Shown here one piece after another: positions 44,418 to 58,372 of a stretch of 64,000 nucleotides of DNA. The translations under genes and the position numbers were made by a program. A model generated the notes under the pieces. That model saw only the letters and a program-made list of their open reading frames with translations. It was not told where the DNA came from and did not search any database. Each line of letters opens with the position of its first letter. The first letter of the stretch is position 1. Source of the DNA: Trichoplax sp. H2. Lineage: Eukaryota. The stretch is taken from assembly GCA_003344405.1 (NCBI GenBank), contig NOWV01000026.1:496001-560000 (forward strand). Direction: 5' to 3'.

Positions 44418-47400
44418 TCAGTATCTAAGACCAGACTTATTCTGCTTACTTACAAACCTAAGGAAATACAATATAATTTCATTGATGTATGATAAACACT
44501 TGATAGATAACTCATACAAGGGCCTTACTTATCGAGAACTTCCCAAAATCTTAAAGCACAAGCACGATCTAAATGGCGTTTATGGCGGCTAATCTTTATG
44601 GCGAGATCCAGACAAAATATTAAATTACAGATCACATTGCTTTCAAATTAGAATAATTACTAATAGTAATCAACCTGTAATATATGCACGTCCCACTTCT
44701 GAATATTAGTGTCCATGCGGGAGTCTTCAAATTTCAGGTGAAAGCCCCTCACTATCAAATACGTAAATTAATTAAACACTGTTATAAAACTGAATTTAAA
44801 TCTTTATAATCGAAGATTGCAAGTATGAATTCACAAGCCTACCTTTCGCAAAGATATTCACAGGCGAGTTATCAGTCTGTAACCAAGGCCAACCCTTAAA
44901 TTGCCATGTAGGTCCTTGTACAAAAACTGCAACGACTCTTTCCCTAAATACGATGCAAAAAATAAAGTACTATGACAAAATACACTCCAGTTTTATCTAG
45001 TAAATTGTCTATTACCAATCGTTCTTTTGCAGCTTATTAACGTTGTCGATAACTTTAAATGGGATAGTTACAGAAGTATTCCCTAAATCCCTTTTACGCT
45101 GCACTAGCACTTCACTTTCACGATGCGCACCTTTTGCTTTCTTCTCGTCATTACTTATGAATCTTTAATTAAGTTTTGTAATAATAAAACATTGAACGAG
45201 AGGTTATCAATATTATACGGTAAATCTCAACACAGCAAAATGAGATCATACTAACTTGAACTCTTGTAGAAAATCTTTCACGTTAAGAAGTGTAATTGTA
45301 GATGTTGCAGTAGCAGGTACAATAATAATAGGCGTTCTCGATTCTACGGCATACACAGAAGCATGACAATCGAGTTAATTAGGAAGCCGCATTAAGTTTT
45401 TGTTTCAATTACCAGCAATTATCTTATTAGAAATCATTTACCTCTTTTTGTGTGTCCAGATTTAGGTTGATTAGCTAAACATTCGAAAAATATCATGATA
45501 TCAAGTCTCTTTTTAATAATACTGATTACGCCCATTAGTTATTACCTGAAAGGGGCTTGGCAACAGACACGGGCATTTCTTTCTGTGAATGGTCGGGCCT
45601 TCGCTTTGCTCCAGCTACGCCAGCCTATAAAGTACCAAAAGAATTAATCGATCATAAGGGTGACCAAGTCAATTAGAAGAAAAAAATATGTACTGTATGT
45701 AGCATACGTATATAAAACAAATATGAACCTACCGTTACAGATTGAAAGTTCATTCCACGATATGTACCCATGGTATCGATTTTAAAACCTTCCGTTTCTG
45801 TACGAGCAATTTTATATATTCATTAGATAGCTCGTTTGGGCAATTCCATATTAATAAATTTTTGAGTTGTTTGTAAGTTCTTACCTTCTTTCCCAGCAAA
45901 TCTTTCCTGATCGTAACGACTGTATGGTATAGGAGCAACAGATTTCTTTGGAGGAGGCTCCTACAAAGTCAAAAGATGATTTGAATAATTCTGGTCTTAG
46001 TAAACAAATTACTTTCACATTGTTTCGGTAATTTCTTTCGTAGCTACCGTAGGAGGTGGTGTTTTGTGATTATGATTAAGATTACGTCCTTGTTCCCTTA
46101 ATTGTATGTTAGTTATGACGTCCAGAATATTTGTGAATGACTAAGACAAACAGAGAGAATCAATCAGTACATTAAATTTCGATATAGCAAATTTATAAAA
46201 ATGACTCGTGTGAAAATCGAAAAGCAGCTTACCTTTTTAGCTGATCGCATAACCGTTTCACGGGTTCTAACTACTTTTTCTTTGCTAATAATATCTTTGC
46301 TAACATCTACCTCTGCATCAGCGAAACTTCTTTGTTCCTGTAAAAAGTATCTTTATTGAACTCGAGTATAATAAATCATTAAAATTTAGTATTGATTTCT
46401 TTACTATTTCTGTTATTGTGTCATCCTTAATAGTTTCACGCTTGTGAGCAATTCTTTTAGCTTTAAGAGCAGCAATCTTTTCCGCAGATATTCTTTCACT
46501 CAATGGTCTATATGTATACCAAATGAAGATTCATTAAGATAGATGAGATAAATAACAGCCATAAGTAATGCATATTAAAACATCGGTAGTACCGAAGTTG
46601 ATTCGTTGTTACTACTTTATCTTTAACATTTGCCTCCAAGCGAGACTCAAGACGATTCTATAATATCAGAAGTATTGCTATTAGTTAATAGTAAAATACC
46701 CAAATACACATGATCCCTGCATGCAGTAAAAATTAAATCAATCGCAGCTTCATGGTAAAATAATAATGCTAAAGGATTGATATCAATAATCATATTTAAT
46801 TCATACTATAGTATAATAATAATTAGAATATAAGTATTGGAAGATTAATTTTAGACCTTATCTACTTTAACATCTTCGTCAGTCTTCACACGCTTTAAAG
46901 TGTCTGAGTTGGTTCCTTCGTCTACAGATCGCTTAACTTAAAAATTGATATTAAATAGCCAGTTCAGTATTATATCATAAAAGAAAAGGAATCAATTAAA
47001 TACATGACATGGCTGTTATAAATCAGGACTATGCTTGCAATATAACTACCTTGAGGCAAGGGAGCAGCTGGAACGACATGTTGCTGGCCAAGTTCTAAAG
47101 GAGCACTTTTATCTATGCTAGCAGATACAGATGTCTCACCATTCAGGTATGCAAGCAAATCCTACAGACAATATTTAAAAATTTTGAGATAGTGATGGCA
47201 ATTTAACAAGTCAGGAGTTATATAGCAAGGGCCAGTAATGAAAGAAAATCTATCAGTAAGTATATGTAATCATAAGTATAGCAACAAAGTTGTGCAACCT
47301 ACTTTTCTATCGGGACGGGAAACAAGTGGTATTCCAGCAGCCTGTAAATAATGCGAGGTTAAGATTGAAAATACTGTAGGCAATCGATATATTACATTGC

Positions 47401-48374
47401 ATGTAAGAATAAAGTAAAACTTGAGAAATTTTGTTATAGAAACAGTATAGTACCTATGGGTATAACATAGCGAAGAATACTGCATGCATGAGCAATAACG
47501 TAATTACAATAATTTAAAATTTAGTCGGAGTGGGGTTCCAGAAGACTACTGTAATATAAAATTTAACCCTCATCAAGCAAAGCAACACTGCTAGCATTAA
47601 CTCATTAGCCCTCTAACATATCAACCAAATTTCAATCATTGTCTATATGCAATATTCAAGTTGCATAAGTAGCACAGAATAGTAGCTAGTATAGCTCCAG
47701 TAGCAGGCTAGAGCAAAAGCATAGTACAAAATTGAATTTCTAACGGCCGGAGCGAACTTCTGTTCAATGACTTTTTGTTCATGGAATTTCATCATGTTCA
47801 CATTCTAACATTAGCATATGACTATAATCTACTAGCTATAATGTTACTGAAAAACTTTTAGAGATCAAAATGATATCAACTGCAAAATAGGCCATACTCA
47901 CAATTGCTTTCTGAGCGTACACTGAATGACTTATGTCGACGTTTTTGAGTAGAAACACCAGGGAGGCCAAGGTGTAGTATTCCTTCGTTGCACCATCACG
48001 GCCAGTACTAACACATTGGATGCAAAGTTAGCCATTAGTAATCACCATTGTAAAAAATAAATCATTATGAATCAAGCTTAAGTTAATGAAATGATAACAC
48101 AGGAAGTGTTTAGGCTGTAGAGCATAAATTTCAACGGTAGCAACTCTATTTGCAGACGTCAACCCGTCTTAATTGAATATAGCAAACTATTTTAAGTGTA
48201 TTTAATTGAACTCAATATCATTCTGGAGTGCTATCGTGATTACCCATATTTTAAATAATTGGTATTTGTGAATTTTGACCAAGAATAGTCACCAAATATA
48301 ATTCTTTCATCAGTTTCAATGACATCTTTCTTTTCAATATTGTACAGCCGCAAAAAGGACAAGCAGTCCGCCAT
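44418..48374 (-). CDS. CDC73: Parafibromin, PAF1 complex subunit
   Basis: Many exons. Motifs: [104 protein letters not shown]...LRY*. Confidence 0.96.
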
Positions 48375-48439
48375 AATGGAGTTCAACTGGCGTGTGTAAA
48401 GCGCGATCAACTGGATAAAAGAATCTGGAGGTCCTTTCC

Positions 48440-49405
48440 ATCAGTACAGAACAGTACGGTACTGTACCAGTCTGCTGCTGTACTGTACTGTACCGGCATG
48501 GACCACTAGAAGTATACTGTAGAGTGACTGTACGGTAGCGTACAGTGTACAGTATATTTCTAGTGGTCCAGTACAGTGCATAGTGCACAGTGACTTCTCA
48601 CTCCAAATGCACTACACTACTGCTAATAACTGATACTGCTACCATTTGTGTAGTGGGTTTCCGCTTATCGTACAGTACGCGGTCTTTTTCTGATGACAAA
48701 AATTGAAATTGGCTGCTTTTTCAACAAATTATATATCAATCGATAGTAAAAGAGTTGAATTACACCATTCCTCATGAAGATTCTCGTACAATGTCTAATT
48801 TTCTTCATAACTATTGAATTAAAAATAGTAGCAGTCGCCTCGATGCAACAAAAACAGAAATCCTCTACTGTAATGTGTAGCAGACTGCTACAAACATGCG
48901 TAGCGTATTTTCCCCTCAGTATTACAGTACTGTAGAGTGTACACTGTACAGTACAGTACTGTACTGTACTGTACTGTCTGTCTGTACATACCTGGACTCC
49001 TGGAGCCAAACCGGACAGACTCTTCGGATAGACGGACTTTGCATACTAGATGCAACTGAAAATGTCGGAAAACAGTTACTTAGTAGTTAGTACGGATCTT
49101 CCGTGCCTGTTTTCTAAATCACTCCTATTAATTTAAATAACATTGACGATCTAAAGCTACTGCTTCCAAGCAGAGTTTAGTAACAGGCAATAAAATACAA
49201 TACAAAATTGCTTAATTTAGAAAAAATCAGTCAATTCAGAATCGACTGTTTGTATACTAAAGTACTGTTATAATGAAATGTTTTAACACAATTTATTGAC
49301 CATAGTTGGCTAAATGTCTGTCCGTCCAAGATTGTGTCCAGTCCAGGTATTTTTCTAGTAGTGCATGACTGTACACTGTACAGACTTGTACAGTACCGTA
49401 AATAC
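48440..49405. repeat. TACAG/CTGTA clusters upstream of CDC73
   Basis: Clusters at about 48440-48600, 48920-48990 and 49365-49405. Confidence 0.8.
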
Positions 49406-51065
49406 AACAGTGTTATACAGTACAATTTCCTTCCTATTCACTCAGAAATCCAAAGTGAATTCAGCTCGCCGAATCCTACTCCAATCCGAAATCCACTGTC
49501 TACATTTCCTCAAATCCCACTCCAATCGGAGTATACTACTGTCATTACTGTAGTTTGTAACAACAACATATACTATAGGTCACTGCCCTAAACTAGCTAT
49601 GACAGTCTATTAAGCATTGCGTTGAGTATTCGAGTAGAAACCGGCCATGCTCTTCGTTTTGCTACTCTTTGATGAAAAAGTTTTACCCTACAAGCATGCT
49701 GATCGTAGAGCCTTTTTTACTATCTATTAACAATCATCTACTAGTATTACAATGAGCATACTATACATCACTGAAACGGCTATATGATTCATTGTACATG
49801 CACCAGGTAAAAGCGCTTATGGTTATGATGCAATGAATGAATCAATCAATCATATGAGCTGTTGCGACGGTGGGCTACAACCTTGTCAAAATATCATTTC
49901 GCTTCGTTACTAAAACTCAATAATTTGATATATAATTGTTATTTCTGTGTTTACCTGATTCTAAAAATAACAAACTTTCAATAATACGATGCTTGTGTAG
50001 GTCTAAATGTCCCTAAAATACTGCAATGCGATGTGTACGATCTTCGTACATTGCCCTTAACATAAAATACTGTCATACTGCCAATGCACTGAGTACAATC
50101 TAGTCTGGGCATAGTTCGGATTAATACTACTGTAGAACGAGTTACGCACAAGATTTGTATCAAACTTAACCTATTTATTGATCCTACTGTAAAATTGCAA
50201 AAAGCATTTAGCAGCAGTAAATAAGAAGGAAAAAACTATAATAATTAATAGATAAATATGAGGTAGGCGGTGAGTGATAGCACGGAGTATAAAGTATATA
50301 GCATAAAGCTAAGCGAAAATAACTTGAACACATTAAAACTCATAGTAAACATTTGCTACATAATTATCACGTTAGCGTATTAAAAGATAGATATGTTCGA
50401 AATCGTATTAACAAAGCATGATTATAAACAAGTGTGTAATTGTTGATGATATTAATATACTAATGCATCTACGAACGACGAAAGTAATTTGCTATATTAA
50501 CCTTAATATTTTAAATGCAATCAACGATGACAACTGCTGCAATTCTATTATAGAATTGTATAGGAATATTACCAGAAAATACAATAGCGAAAAGTTATAA
50601 CTACAGGAGAGAATAGAATTTTACTAGGTAACTTGTTGTACGCGTATACTTGTAATTTTATGATGATGAGTGATAACTTTGCTTATGATCAACCTTGTTC
50701 TATGATGAATATTGTATCGGATTATAAAAATAACTTTAAGAGATTGAGTAAAATTGAAACAATCATGGTGGATATGCAATAATTAACAGAAGGAACTCTA
50801 TAATTCTGTTGCATTAATTTAGTACCTTAATCAGATTAGTACAATGTTACATTCCATTAAGAAAATATGTAATTTTAATTTATTCGATAGGCAATTGGAC
50901 AAGGGTAACCACAAAATTTCTGGAGATATTCTCATCGCAACGGTAGCATCTACAAAGCAGGGTGATATAGTATTTATTGAATGAATACTCGTATGCTTGC
51001 GTAAATTTGATGACATTTTTCCTGCGATACGATCTACATTACTTTTTGAAAGATCGTCCTCCATA

Positions 51066-54000
51066 TTATTGTTGCAGCTTGTCTAATGCTTGATTACAGA
51101 CTTTTAACACATGCTTTACAAAAATAAAGAGTACGTTTCTATCAGTAACAATCCCTTTTCAGTATTTAATACCGCAAGTAGGAACTATATTACGTGAGTA
51201 TAAATAATCGTCCAATCTCTAACATACCATATTATCACCAAAATCTTGAGCTGCTTGTCGAAGAACATCTACTACCTTTAATGATCCCATCTCTTCTATT
51301 CCTTCATCTATGCAGTGAAAATGTTAGACAAGAATTATTGAGATAGAACAATCAATTATTCTTTGGCTTATAACATCAATTAAAGACAATTACTGTAGCG
51401 GGGATTTTGAAATACTCGATATCTTTTCATACATACCATATTCAGCGAGTTCAGAAAATAATAAGAAGATATTTTCTGCGACTTCAGCGTTTTTCGCATT
51501 ATTTCTGATGTAATATGATAATTGATATTTTGTTATGAAACAACTAGAATTAATACTGGAATCTTAAATTTTCAATGCGTAATTTGCTAACAATTACTCA
51601 TTACTAAGATAATATTTCTGTAACAACACCACAATAAGCCCTACTTATATGCTGAAATGATGATTGGAACTCCGGAGACACCATTACTATTAATTACTTG
51701 CATTGCAGATGATTCTATGTAGAATACAATATTCAACCAGAAGATAAATTTAATCACCGAATCCCATTTAAAGTCCGTGCTGACATTGAATAACTTTAAT
51801 TCTCATATTATACAAATTTATACAATTACCATCAACTTCTGTCAAACTTGCCAATAACAAGCAACCACTCTTTACAACTCGTGGTTCCTGGATATAGCGA
51901 AAATAATTGTAGACTGTTAGTAACGATACTTAACTTGAAAATCGTTCAAATCAGACGTATTATGTAAAATTAACGTTTCAATTTCTTGTATCAAATATTT
52001 ATAGTATAGATAAACTACAGGAGTAAACGATATAGTGCCGAAACCTTTTCATTATTTTTTATCGCATTAACAACAGCAGCAATGGTCCCAGACTTAGATA
52101 GTTCATCCACATTCTCTTCTACATTGTAAATTGCGAATATGGACAAAAATGGCTTAGAAAAAAATGTCAACTTTGAAGTTTAATTATTACGCAGCTCTTA
52201 AAAGTTGAATATCTGTGTTTATGATAAAAAATTGCAGTATGATTATCTATCGCTTATGTGAATACCTTCCATGGATAAAGACCATAACGCAGAGCAGGAA
52301 GATTCAATTACTTCAACTGAATCTTGATGATTTTCAAGCGCTCGATAAACGTCTTCTAAACCTTTCTCTTCAGTTACGATCTTAGCATTGTTTTCTGTAG
52401 ACATGATTATTAATCGCATTGATAAATACTGATATTATAGAATATTTTAATTCCAAATTAAACAATCTTTCGATAGTAGTTCTACGCGTATATTTACCAT
52501 ATCATAGTGTACATAAATCATTACTATCATAAATAATTAATATCTGCATTTAAGCTTTACCATTTGCTGCTAGACTCCATAAAGCGCTACAGCAGTTTGA
52601 AATAATTGTAGTATCATTTGGGAAAGCTCGTAAGGAAGCTAAAATATCTTGTACACCTCCAGAGTTACCGATAACTGCGGCAGCATTTTCTAATTAAATG
52701 ATTACATTAAGATCTTGAATTTTTTATATTATTATAAGGTTATAAATCATAAGACAACAACATATGTCTAAGTTTTAATATATCTAATGCTAACCATCTG
52801 CAGACAGTGCTGCAATGACAGCTCCCGCAACGCTTTGTAATTCAGCTGAACCAGCATGTGACTATAGGAATGAGATAATTGAAGTAAATCCGGTATTGCA
52901 TTAGCTTAGTATTCGCACTACAGTTCCATGCTTAATCCGATATAATACAATATCTTATGATGTGTGTAGGTGTTATGCTAATTATGAAAAATATAAATTA
53001 CCCTCATGGCTAATGTGACTGGTTGTATTAGCTCACTGCTATACATAATATCGTTTTCTTCCGCTGTAATTTAAAAGAAAAATCATTATAATCCAATTTC
53101 TTGCCTTTATAATTAAAACATCTACTGGATTATACTGTAATATATCCGTTATATTACATAACTGTTACATCAACTGTAGCCGCAGTAGATTCGATACTAA
53201 TTTACTACTATACTTTTAGATTACAATAGAATAATTTGAAACTATTATCTTTAATATAACAAAATAAAAAATATTAGAATAGGGGTAAGTATGATGAATA
53301 AAGAAGTACGGATTAGTAATTAATCTATGCTATTGCTCAGTGTCCTATACTTTAATAATAAATTGCTTTTATTTAATATTGTAATAAGAAGTATTTTGTG
53401 AGATATTGCTACATATTATTGATACTACGGTACACTATTGTATTTTATATGTTACTTGGAAGTACTATAATAGTTGTACATCAGATATTAAAACTGGAGA
53501 GAATAAAAGAAACGGATACTTATTGAGACTCAAATACGTATATATGACTATTAACAATAATAATATAGTAATTCATAATGCTTGCTGCAATTACATGCAA
53601 TTTCTGTAAGATATATAACATTGGAATATTTACCTGAAACAATAAGATGCGAAAAAATTTTTGCTGAAACAATTTGTATTTCGTTATTTCCTATATGATT
53701 TTTCATTGCCTTGATAATTATCCTTTTTCCAGCATCGTTTAAACCCATAGCATCTATTTTAGATGATCAGCAATTACATTAATAATTATAGTATGATTCT
53801 ATCACTACGATTTTTATTATGATGCATTAAATGTGCGGGATATCTAATTTTATATCAAGCTTTATACAGCGAAGTACTTACCTTCATTTCTAAGCATATT
53901 GTGGATATATTTAAGAGCCTCCAACTAATTGATAAAACGATAATCATTAATTTCAGTTTCTAAATCATCTTCTGATGTATAAGTTCAAGTCGATATCGTA

Positions 54001-57000
54001 GTGGCAATTATTTGTATACCGAACTCTTCGAGGAATCAGCATTTCTATCCAAATAATCTAGCAAAATGGTAGTATAAATCGTTTACTAAATTAATTTCTC
54101 TATTGGAAAACAGTTAACTATTTGAATACTTGTATCGAAATTTAAAACTAAAGCAATGCATGTCTAACAAAAAAATCAAAAATTACCTAATACTGGACCA
54201 ATTCCTTGCTCTTTAGGTACTGGATCAGCTAAATATGGGATGAATATGTATAAAAAAATAGCTCAGAACTGATGACGATGCGCGCATATTATTAAATAAG
54301 AGTTTGTAGCTATACACCTATACATTTATAAATATAGATGGGTCATCTAAAAATTACTCTTAATTACACTTTATATCAAAAAATGTGCTTATTTACCTTG
54401 TTCTTTTTTTGCTAGTGAAGAAAAGTTATATATAATAAGATTGTGTCAGTTATGAATGGCGTAAATTACTATTAAAACTGAAATTCGTACTAGAAATACC
54501 TTCCGCTTTCTTACGCGCTGCAAGTGCTGATCCACTAAGTAAGAGGCAATCTTTAACATATGGCAACGCTACCAAATCTCTATAATAGCAAAAAGATGTT
54601 AGCCTAAATTGATTACTTTAAATATGTATTATCATCAAATTTATCATTACCATTATTTACAATAATTTAAGTTTGTTAATTTATCAAAACATCTTATAGA
54701 TAGTGAGAAAAGATACGTATTATACGGTTTTCCATAGAATCGTAAGTTAAGCATCCTTAAATTAGAGAAAATCCTTACGCTGCCGTTGGGCGTTGTTGAA
54801 AATTTCTTCGAAGCATAGTTCGAATTAATTGGCAGAAATCTGCTGAATATTTCTGAAAAGAGTGATAATGTACGTTATGAAATTTAAGGACTTTTTGCGT
54901 TTCGTAAGCTTTCATTGGTTATAGAGATTTTTTTTACCTTACTAACGTTCTCCAATACTTCTTCCAAAACCTGAGGAGAATGTTTAATTTGGAAGAGAAT
55001 GCCAGCCGTTTGGGCAGCCTAAAATCCCCATTCACAAATAAAGTATACATTCGTAAGCCAATATGTAACAGGAGCTGTCACAACTGTTAGATAATCGTAA
55101 ATATTTTTTAAATTAATCATTTGTGAATCCGTTTCTAATAAATTGTTAAACGGATTCAAATCAGATAACCTACATCAAGAAAGCCGCAAGTTGCCATTTC
55201 GAGAGCAATGCAACCGAGGGACCAAACATCGCTACGTTCGTCGTAACTTTAATTATTGTTAAAGAAATTATATGCTACAAAAATAATATAACCTATTGTA
55301 TATGATGTTTAATAGAAATTTGTATTTGTTGTTGCATAATTTATTTCATAAGTATCTATATGTGCAGTAATTGATTTAATTTAAATATCGACGAAGCTGT
55401 ATTGATATGATTCGGACTACGTTCTAAAATCTTGTAATTATTGCTATACTAGTTGAATTAATAGTATGATACGGCCTTTCCAGTACTTCTGGGGCCATCC
55501 AGTTCATTGATCCTATAAATTAAAATTAAGTTAAGTTGAGCTTATTGAATGCATGCTACTATTAAGCATCACCCAAAAGAGTGATGTCAGTTGTATTTGT
55601 GATCAAACAATCTTAAGACTTAGGCTAGCGAATTAATTAAGATTCAATTATTCAACTAACCGACTGTAGTTCTTGTCCTTGTTCTAGCATCATCCATAAC
55701 TGTTGCAACGCCAAAATCGCCTATTTTATTTCAATTTAAACGTATGTTTGTATAGAAACAGATTTAGCGATAACTAATAAATAAAATAACTAATCACAGT
55801 GCTATGGGTATAAGAAACATAATGAAAATAGAGCAATTACCAAGAGAGATAGATAGATCTTCTGTCATGAAGATATTACTCGGCTTTAGGTCTCTGTATG
55901 GTGAATTCGGTAAAAATTATTGTGTCAGATAGAGTAGCATAAATTTAAATTAACACAAAATCTTGATGTAATATTAATATTTTGTAATAGCTCAAAGTTA
56001 TATCAATTTGCCATGAACATGTCATACATATATAGAGCGAGTAATTACAATTATTAGTGCTCATAAGATGCAAAAGGTAAATAAAGCTACAGACTAATAT
56101 TGAATAAAGTGATTTCCACTCTACTATTTTATGTGTAAGTAATATTTTAATAGGAAAAAGGATTGGGACTGCTTGTATGTTATGAATTGTGCCCTAACTG
56201 GGCCATCTTAACTTAAAATGAAAGCGGCTTCACCGAATATAAAACGTGTACGCAGTATGTCATGATGTTTGCGATTTTAAAACGATACCTGTGTATGACT
56301 TGCTTCTTATGGACAAACACTAAAGCTTCTATCATTTGTCCAATCCACTTTTTTAATATCTTAAAAAAAATATTGATGTAAATTTAATAAGTGATACTCG
56401 AAATCGTACGAGGCATCCTATAATTCTATAATGGAAAATACTTTTAATGTTGCCAATACACATACAGTATATCTAGTGATATATTAATTTTTTAATTTCT
56501 ACTGTACCAATTCTTCGATATATTCATTCTTTTGACGCTTCTGTTTCAGGACTCGATCTAAATCACCTGATATTTTATTTATAATATTAATATTCTAAAA
56601 TGAATATCAGTCTCTACAGATTAGAATTTTATTGTTTTCGACAAGCAAAACATGCCTACCCATTTTGTAGTATTCCATGACAATACAAACAAACATGGCT
56701 GATTCCTACACAGTGAAGATAAAGTGCACAGTGAAAATAAAGTATTGTGTAAATGCTTAACTACTGTATGACATTATGTAAAGTATTTTATATGGACAGT
56801 CATAGAATGCAGAATTTTGGTATAAAAATCAAATAAAATTGAAACAAATCTACGAATTAAATCACATACTTCCTTGTCCCAAGTGACAAAAAATTCCTTG
56901 TATCCGCAAACATAAGGATGCCTTAATTCTTGTAAAGCCATAGCTTCTTTAAAGGCTTTATTTGCTTCACCTTCATCATTACATTCAACCTGTTCTCGAC

Positions 57001-58372
57001 GAATTCAGAATGAAATTATCGTATTTTTGACTCAACGAAGAGTTTTAAATCTTGATTTCAATTTCGTGTCTATCTTTGACAAACAATAACGATTTTTGGG
57101 ACTGTAACTTTTAATATATTATGCGTCCGATCATTCTAGTTAAATCGTCATCGGTTGTAATGTTGCTGCTTAATGGACCCTAACATACGATTTACGAAGA
57201 GTAGATATCATGGCACGGTATAATTCCGCCATTTGAGCAACAGGTCATTATCGATCAGACCCTAGTAACGGGGCCTATTTATGTTATCTAATGAAGTCAT
57301 ATCAGTTAATGTAAGCCAAAATGGCTTCGTTTTGAATTTGAAAATATTGAAATATCGAGCAAAATCATTGCATGACATTACACTTTTTATGCAAGCTATT
57401 TGGATGTGAATGAAAGAAGCTGAGCATTAATCACGAATTCACTAATGACGTATGATTTATTGCAATTAAGACGCTTTATAAGATTGCACATTAGATTTCA
57501 ATTTGCTTTCGAAAGACAATATGAGAACAGTAGTCAGTGATTGACGTTAAATTGGAAATATCTGTAATTTTTAACCTGGGGATACAGCGATAGATTGTAA
57601 GAACTTCAAATATAATTACTACCCAAAATTAAATAATATGCAAAAAAAAATGTAGGAGACTCCATTACTATCGTGTATGTGATTCGTTTTTTTTTTCCAG
57701 GATATCATTTAAGATAAATAATGATTCTTTTGGAATGTTATGACAAAAGAAGTAACATCTATGTATAAAACAATATACGAACACAATTAGCCCTAGCTAC
57801 AGTATCATCGTTGTTTCGTACCAACTGCGCTCTACACACAACTACTCTAATGGCATACAATAGCAAATTATATCATTTCCTAATAGTATACAGTATTGTT
57901 GGTCAAACACTATGGAATATAAAGTCAAGTTTAGTGGAATTTTACCTTTTTCAAGACATATTTTTTCTTTTCTTCTTTATCTTCCACCAAATAAACTGAA
58001 CCTTGAGCACCTTTACCCAGACGTTGTAACAACTATGTAGACATATCCATAGAAAATTCTATCGTCAACGAATAATAACTTGCTACTACGTATATTCGCT
58101 ATATGTACAAATAAAGTTGAGAAGTCTACAGTATAACACATGCACTATACCAAGTTGTTATTTGAGAATGGATGTCAGTTTGATAAACTAATGACAAACA
58201 TGAAATTCCAGCTTAACGCTATCCATTTAACCTAGATTATGCTATTCCTGTTTCTATTTACTCCGTACAACATTCAAGTACCAAATTCAACATGAATTAT
58301 TTAGCGCTATGATCTATTTCTGATTTAGTAGATGAGTAAATGTCATTTTAAACTCACCTTGTAGTTCTCCAT
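51066..58372 (-). CDS. STKLD1: STKLD1 (SgK071)-like Ser/Thr kinase with C-terminal armadillo-like repeats
   Basis: More than 20 small exons give MENYK|LLQRLGKGAQGSVYLV...YVLKK|VECNDEGEANKAFKE...EFFVTWDKE, IHRDLKPSNI, DFG, WMAPE and SDVWSLGCIALEMATCGFLD. ARM-like repeats follow (e.g. NCCSALWSLA). The KxVEC, FxTW and WMAPE pattern plus ARM tail matches my recollection of STKLD1. The last exon and stop position are tentative. Confidence 0.8.

Noticed and set aside
47700..47800. Box C motif (ATGATGA on -) in CDC73 intron 2 as a C/D snoRNA
   Set aside because: No CTGA box D or terminal stem at a suitable distance.
55894..56288. Second U12-like donor (GTATCGTT) in the kinase gene
   Set aside because: There is no U12-type branch sequence near the acceptor, so it is most likely U2-type.
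57177..57184. ACCCTAAC template-like word inside a stem
   Set aside because: The enclosed region is too short for an animal telomerase pseudoknot, and an 8-mer can occur by chance.
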